Of a DNA stretch of 64,000 nucleotides, positions 58,873 to 64,000 are shown one piece after another. The position numbers and the translations under genes were made by a program. This stretch comes from Candidatus Latescibacterota bacterium. Lineage in GTDB: Bacteria > Latescibacterota > UBA2968. The stretch lies in NCBI GenBank assembly GCA_965204745.1, contig OZ242010.1:5408001-5472000 (forward strand), written 5' to 3'. Position 1 is the stretch's first letter. The number at the start of each line of letters is the position of its first letter. Below the pieces are notes generated by a model. It saw nothing but the letters and a program-made list of their open reading frames with translations, made no database searches and was not told the DNA's origin.

Positions 58873-59622
58873 TCAAATTTCGGTTTTGCCTTGGAGGGAG
58901 AGGAGTTGATCGCGCAACTCGGCGGCGCGCTCGAAGTCTTCATGGCCCACGGCTTCGCGGATTTGGTCGTGCAAATCCTGTGACCGGGATTTGGGGCGGT
59001 CGCGGCGAATCTCGTCTGCCCACTCTTGGAGGAAGGCGATTTCTTCGCTGTCTTCGATGAGGTCGTGCCGATCAAATTCCTCGAAAAAGGATTGGAGCTC
59101 GTCAATGCCCGCGTCGATTTTTGACAGGGCCATGTCGTAGGATTCGCGCTCGAGGTGCATCAACACTTCGGCGCGCACGCGATGCCCAATGACAAAGGGA
59201 CGGTAGTGTTCAAAGGCCAGCCGGTCTTCCTCCTCCTCTGCGTATTCTTTGACAAAGTCGAAGAGTTCGAGGTTTCTTTCAGCGTCCTTTTTCGCGTTGC
59301 GGTAGTCGCCGATTTCGAGAAAGCTGATGCGGCGATGGTAGTACTGAAGGGCTTCCATTTGCAGGGCCATGCAGGTTTCCGTATCGAGCGAGAAGTTTTT
59401 CGCCCTCGCTTTTCGCGCCTGAGCTTGGTAATAGTGCAAGAGCGATTCATAGCCATAGGGATTTTGACCGTCAGGGCGACCGATAACATCCATTTGCAAG
59501 ATGCCCATTTCAATGCGGAGTTGGATTTTTTTTCGTCCGTCCAGTCCCGTGATTTTGCGAACACACAGTTGACCTGGCTCACAGGGCCAGGTGTCCAGAA
59601 GAGGCTGAATGTCCTTATTCAT
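58873..59622 (-). CDS. UvrB/UvrC (UVR) motif-containing protein
   Basis: G.DG..KIQLR..MGILQM...GRPDG N-terminus; C-terminal AV..EDFERAAELRDQL. Confidence 0.85.
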   Translation of the reverse strand: MNKDIQPLLDTWPCEPGQLCVRKITGLDGRKKIQLRIEMGILQMDVIGRPDGQNPYGYESLLHYYQAQARKARAKNFSLDTETCMALQMEALQYYHRRISFLEIGDYRNAKKDAERNLELFDFVKEYAEEEEDRLAFEHYRPFVIGHRVRAEVLMHLERESYDMALSKIDAGIDELQSFFEEFDRHDLIEDSEEIAFLQEWADEIRRDRPKSRSQDLHDQIREAVGHEDFERAAELRDQLLSLQGKTEI

Positions 59623-59734
59623 CGGTGTGTATCCTCCGTTTGCGGATTGGCTGCAACAACTAAGCTCAAATCAGTTTACGCTAATCGCTCGTCATTGTCA
59701 AGGGATTAGAGGGGAGAGGGAAGAGGGGAGAGGG

Positions 59735-59832
59735 GAGAGGCGAGAGGCGAGAGGCGAGAGGCGAGAGGCGAGAGGCGAGAGGCGAGAGGCGAGAGGCGAG
59801 AGGCGAGAGGCGAGAGGCGAGAGGCGAGAGGC
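59735..59832. repeat. Perfect tandem (GAGAGGC)x14
   Basis: 14 units, followed by two family B copies at 59838-59935. Confidence 0.92.
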
Positions 59833-60035
59833 GAGATAGCCACAAAAGGCACGAGCGGGGTACAACTGGCGACAGCCAGTTCAAAGGCACAAAAGGGGTA
59901 CAACTGGCGACAGCTAGCTCAAAGGCACAAAAGGTGAGACGTAAGACGGGAGACCGCCCTGCCCAACCGCCCGTGCGTGACCATCACCGCTCCACCGTGT
60001 CTGAATCGCGGATTACCCCACACCGCCCTACCGCA

Positions 60036-60468
60036 GACCTATCCCCCCGGCCCCCTTTCCTACAAGGAAAGGGGGAGTGCATGGCTTTTTGAAGGTTTGT
60101 ATCCCTAGCTGTTCTGATGGCTTTGAGCGAATGGATCAAGCCATGAAAATGCGACCTATCCCCCCGGCCCCCTTTCCTACAAGGAAAGGGGGAGCGCATG
60201 GCTTTTTGAGGGTTTGTCTCCCTGGCTGTTCTGATGGCTTTGAGCGAATGGATCAAGCCATGAACCCCCAAAAAACCTCTCGCCATTCCCCTCGGAAGAC
60301 CGCTCACCGTTCCCCCTTCCTGTTAGGAAGGGGGTTAGGGGGTAGGTCCCCATCAGAGCAACCATCGCTAGAAGCCATCAAAGGAAACGCCTTAAATGAG
60401 CAAGCAACACATTTGCTAATCTTGCTAATCTGTGCGTAACGTCAAAAAAATAAAATGTCAACACGACC
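60036..60468 (-). mobile_element. Family E left end + family C hairpin array (117-bp duplication)
   Basis: AAATGTCAACACGACC-TA at 60453-60470 abutting heptamers; family C units at 60036, 60153 and 60311. Confidence 0.7.
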
Positions 60469-60495
60469 TACTGACCACTGACCACTGACCACTGA

Positions 60496-61542
60496 CTACT
60501 GACCACCGACCACTGACACCCCCAACTCATTCGCGGTTTCGACTGTGTTGTTCCACGTCTCGTCTTCGATGAAGATGCCTTCGGCTTCGCGTTTGGCGCG
60601 GGTGTCGTATTCGATTTCGCCGGGGAGGTAGATTTTGTCCGTACCTGGTTGGGTTCGAGAGGATTTGATCCAGTCGATGAGCCGCCCGATTTCGTCGAGA
60701 TAGTCGTCGAGGTCGATGAAACTGTCGATTTTGATGGCAAGGGCGATGTAACCGCTGCCGCCGCGGGTGGGTTGTTCTGAACTGCATCCCGCCCATGATA
60801 GGCCGCCCGCAATGGCATCGATCATCATGCCCAAGCCGTATCCCTTGTGCCCTTGGGGTCCGCCTAAGGGCAGCATCGCCACGTCGTGGCTTTTGAAGCG
60901 ATTGGGGTCGTTTATGGCGTTGCCGTCTGCGTCGATGAGCCAGCCATCGGGCGTTTGTTGCCCGCGTGCGCGGTACACATCCACTTTGCCGCCGGCAGAC
61001 ATGCTGGTGGTGATGTCGAGCATGAGCGGCGGGCCATGGGGCGTGGGTGCAGCAAAGGCGAGGGGATTGGGAGGCAGGCGCCGGCTCGTGCCGCCAAAAG
61101 GCGCGGTAAAACGCCCGCCGCCGTTGAGCATCAGCAGGCCAATGCAGTCGCGCTCCGCGGCTTTGGGGGGATAATCGCCCAAGCGACCGATATGGCTGGA
61201 GCGGTGAACGGCCACGGCGCCGAGGGTGTGTTCAAGGGCGCGATCAGTCGCCATTTGCATGGCTTTGTGGGCGACGACAATGCCGATGGTGCGCTCCGCG
61301 TCGATGACCGCAGAGACGGGCGTTTCCCGAATGATTTTAAGCGCGCGCACGGGTTTGATGTTGCCGGCGCAGATGCCGCGAATATAGCCCGGCGTGCGGA
61401 TGACGCCGTGCGAGTCGTGCCCGTAGAGGTTGGCATCTACGAGGTGATCCGCGACGATGTTGGCCTGATCTTCGGGAAATCCCGCGGCGCGGTACAGTTC
61501 GCGTTGCAGGGTTCTAAGCTGAGTCGCGTCGATGATGGGCAT
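60496..61542 (-). CDS. Ldh_2 (malate/L-lactate/sulfolactate dehydrogenase) family oxidoreductase
   Basis: G.DSHG, SHIGRLG, NPLAFA, LDITTS, LPLGG..GHKGYGL, YLPGE. Confidence 0.9.
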   Translation of the reverse strand: MPIIDATQLRTLQRELYRAAGFPEDQANIVADHLVDANLYGHDSHGVIRTPGYIRGICAGNIKPVRALKIIRETPVSAVIDAERTIGIVVAHKAMQMATDRALEHTLGAVAVHRSSHIGRLGDYPPKAAERDCIGLLMLNGGGRFTAPFGGTSRRLPPNPLAFAAPTPHGPPLMLDITTSMSAGGKVDVYRARGQQTPDGWLIDADGNAINDPNRFKSHDVAMLPLGGPQGHKGYGLGMMIDAIAGGLSWAGCSSEQPTRGGSGYIALAIKIDSFIDLDDYLDEIGRLIDWIKSSRTQPGTDKIYLPGEIEYDTRAKREAEGIFIEDETWNNTVETANELGVSVVGGQ

Positions 61543-61747
61543 GCTGTGATGTCCTTTCGGTGAATGATGATCCCGTCTAATTTCCGCGAATTGCGCCATG
61601 GTATTTCCGTTTTGGAGAATTGCAAAGCGATTTTTGAACCGGGCGGAAACGGAATTGACTTTTTGCGTAAAATGTGGTAAGTACCCGAAGTTTCGCGGGT
61701 GGAGAATCGGTTTGTTTTGCTAAGGGACTGACAACTGAGAGGGACAC

Positions 61748-62788
61748 ATGACAAAACTCGGATTAGGCGTCATTGGATGCGGCAACATGGGCGCGAGTCT
61801 GGCGACCGGGGCGCGGGATTTGGCTTGCGCGGAGGTGGTTTGCGTCAGCGATGTGGATGGCGAAAAGGGCCGCGCACTGGCCGAGAAAATGGGTTGCGAT
61901 TACGAGGCCGATTATCAAGCGATGCTCGCGCGCGAAGATGTGCAGGCCGCGTTGATCGCCACGCCGCCGTTTTTGCACGTCGATCCCACATTGGCGGCAG
62001 CGCGGGCAGGGGTACACGTGTTTTGCGAAAAGCCCATGGTGCCCACGCTCGCGGGGTGCGATGCGATGATTGAGGCGTGTGAAGCGGGCCGCGTCAAGTT
62101 GGGCATTGGGCTGGTGTGCCGGTTTCACGCGGTGCATCGCAAGGTGCGCGATTTGGCGCATGGGGGCGATTTGGGCACGCCCATGTGTTTGACCGTGCAT
62201 CGCTTGGGCGGGGGATGGGGCGGCATTTGGGCCGCGTCGTGGCGCGACCTGCGGGCCGAAAGCGGGGGAACGCTGATGGAGGTGAATGCCCATGAAATTG
62301 ATTTTATGCGCTTTGTCATGGGCGAGGCCGAATCGGTTTATGCCGTGGGCGGACAATACGTGCAGACAGAGACGGATTATCCAGATGTCGCGCTCGTGTC
62401 TATCCGATTCAAAAACGGCGGGGTCGGGGTTCTGCATTCGAGTCAGGCGAGCGCGATTGGGGGATATGGCGGGCGGTTGGATTGCATCGCGGGTTCCGTG
62501 GTTTTTCCATCGTTTTGGGGGCAGGACGGTGGCTTGCGCTACAAGCGGTACGACGGCGATGAGACCGCGGTTGCCGCCGCAGAGTTGGCGCAGGATGAGA
62601 GTCCGGTAAGCCAAGAGATTCGCGCGTTTTGCGAGGCCGTGCTCCGCGGGGACGACCCGCCCGTGTGCGGCGCAGATGGCCGCGCAGCCGTAGAGATCGC
62701 ACTGGCCGCATATCGGTCTATTGAAACGGGTGAGTCCGTCCGCTTGCCTTTGTCTGAAAGCGGGGCGAATAACGGGGTTAGGGGATAG
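61748..62788 (+). CDS. Gfo/Idh/MocA family oxidoreductase
   Basis: GVIGCGNMG, IATPP.LH, FCEKPM, SGG.L.E...HEID. Confidence 0.9.
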   Translation: MTKLGLGVIGCGNMGASLATGARDLACAEVVCVSDVDGEKGRALAEKMGCDYEADYQAMLAREDVQAALIATPPFLHVDPTLAAARAGVHVFCEKPMVPTLAGCDAMIEACEAGRVKLGIGLVCRFHAVHRKVRDLAHGGDLGTPMCLTVHRLGGGWGGIWAASWRDLRAESGGTLMEVNAHEIDFMRFVMGEAESVYAVGGQYVQTETDYPDVALVSIRFKNGGVGVLHSSQASAIGGYGGRLDCIAGSVVFPSFWGQDGGLRYKRYDGDETAVAAAELAQDESPVSQEIRAFCEAVLRGDDPPVCGADGRAAVEIALAAYRSIETGESVRLPLSESGANNGVRG

Positions 62789-62813
62789 GGCTTAATCATT
62801 TTTGGAAAATGCC

Positions 62814-64000
62814 ATGGCCAGAAAATTTGATATTCCAGTCTTTTACAAGAGCCAGATCATTTCCCGCGTGAAAAGGGCGCGGCAGTTGGCGGACCCCAAA
62901 AAGCGCGATTTGCAACCGTCCGTGCTGGATTTTGGGCCTGTGCGGTTTTTGTTGGCGCGGCATTTTGGGTTTTGTTTTGGCGTGGAAAATGCCATTGAAA
63001 TCGCGTATCAGACCTTGGATGCGTGCGCGGATCGGCGCGTGTTTTTCCTCAGCGAGATGATTCACAACCCCCAGGTGAATGCGGATTTGCAAGCGCGCGG
63101 GGTGCGATTTATGTTCACGCCTTCGGGGGAACAACTCGTTCCATGGGACGTGCTCAAGCCCGACGACATCGTGGTGGTGCCCGCATTTGGTACGACAGTG
63201 GAAATTCAAGCGGAGTTGGACAGGCGGTGCATCGACCCGTATCAGTACAATACCACCTGTCCATTTGTGGAAAAGGTGTGGAAGCGCGGCGCGCAACTCG
63301 GGGCGGGAGATTATACAGTGGTCATCCACGGGAAGGCCGCGCACGAGGAGACGCGGGCCACGTTTTCGCACACGGTTCAGAATGCGCGAGTCGTGGTGGT
63401 GCTCAATGTGGAAGAGGCACGTCTGTTGGCAGATCTGATTCGGGGCACATGCGACCTCGGGGTTTTTGAGCGGCATTTTCGGCACAAGTGCTCAGCGGGG
63501 TTTGACCCTGCGCGGCATTTGGCTCGCATTGGCGTGGTGAATCAGACGACGATGCTGGCCGCCGAGACGCACGAGATTGCGCGGGTCATCCGCCGCGCCC
63601 TCGTCGACCGGTACGGGGAAGACCACATCGCGGATCATTTTGCCGATACATCGGACACGCTTTGTTATGCGACCAATGAAAATCAAAACGCGACCTACGC
63701 GCTGATCGAGCGAGCCGCGGACCTCGCGCTGGTGGTGGGCGGGTACAATTCTTCCAATACGTCTCATATCGTAGAGTTGTGCGAAGAAGCCATGCCCACG
63801 TTTTTTGTGAAGGACGCGGAGGAGTTGATTTCAGAACGCGAGATTCGACACTTTTCCCCGGCGTCTCAAGCGGTGGCGACATCCGCGCATTGGTTGCCCG
63901 ATAAGCCGCGCGTGGATATCGCCCTGACCTGCGGGGCCTCGTGTCCGGATGCAGTGGTGGATGGCGTGTTGCTGCGCGTGCTGTCATTTTTCTCCGATGT
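62814..64000 (+). CDS. ispH: 4-hydroxy-3-methylbut-2-enyl diphosphate reductase (runs off window end)
   Basis: Not in ORF track. MARKFDIP...ARHFGFCFGVENAI, EMIHNP, TTCPFV, NQTT, DTLCYAT, VGGYNSSNT, GASCPD. Confidence 0.92.
   Translation, partial: MARKFDIPVFYKSQIISRVKRARQLADPKKRDLQPSVLDFGPVRFLLARHFGFCFGVENAIEIAYQTLDACADRRVFFLSEMIHNPQVNADLQARGVRFMFTPSGEQLVPWDVLKPDDIVVVPAFGTTVEIQAELDRRCIDPYQYNTTCPFVEKVWKRGAQLGAGDYTVVIHGKAAHEETRATFSHTVQNARVVVVLNVEEARLLADLIRGTCDLGVFERHFRHKCSAGFDPARHLARIGVVNQTTMLAAETHEIARVIRRALVDRYGEDHIADHFADTSDTLCYATNENQNATYALIERAADLALVVGGYNSSNTSHIVELCEEAMPTFFVKDAEELISEREIRHFSPASQAVATSAHWLPDKPRVDIALTCGASCPDAVVDGVLLRVLSFFSD

Overview
GC-rich bacterial chromosomal segment. Gene content (phyH dioxygenases, sulfatases, Gfo/Idh/MocA, many TA genes) suggests a sponge-symbiont-type lineage such as Latescibacterota/Poribacteria; this is inference only. 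It holds about 45 housekeeping and catabolic genes: PcfJ-like, TPP enzyme, GT-C-like membrane protein, LysM amidase, M29 aminopeptidase, two sulfatases, GH32, RNase II family, 2-oxoacid dehydrogenase E2/E1a/E1b, GGT, Mrp, an RND-MFP-TolC pump, hflX and ispH. There is also a tRNA-Val(GAC) and a UGA-containing peroxiredoxin (probable selenoprotein) missed by the ORF track. The notable signal is intergenic. (1) Small defence/TA cassettes with no integrase sit right after gene stop codons and are bounded by duplications of the upstream gene's 3' end (40 bp and 98 bp). (2) A hicA toxin gene is split by a 342-bp structured, boxA-containing insert with a GTC duplication, and the insert supplies a new RBS and ATG to the toxin's second half. 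(3) An Eco57I-like methyltransferase is fused in frame to an antitoxin-like tail, ahead of a frameshifted PIN toxin. (4) At least six nested repeat families occur: polarised heptamers, TA-flanked MITEs inserted into other repeats, REP-like palindromes and TGT..ACA inverted-repeat units. Several supply the stop codons of neighbouring genes. No CRISPR array, rRNA or intact transposase was seen.
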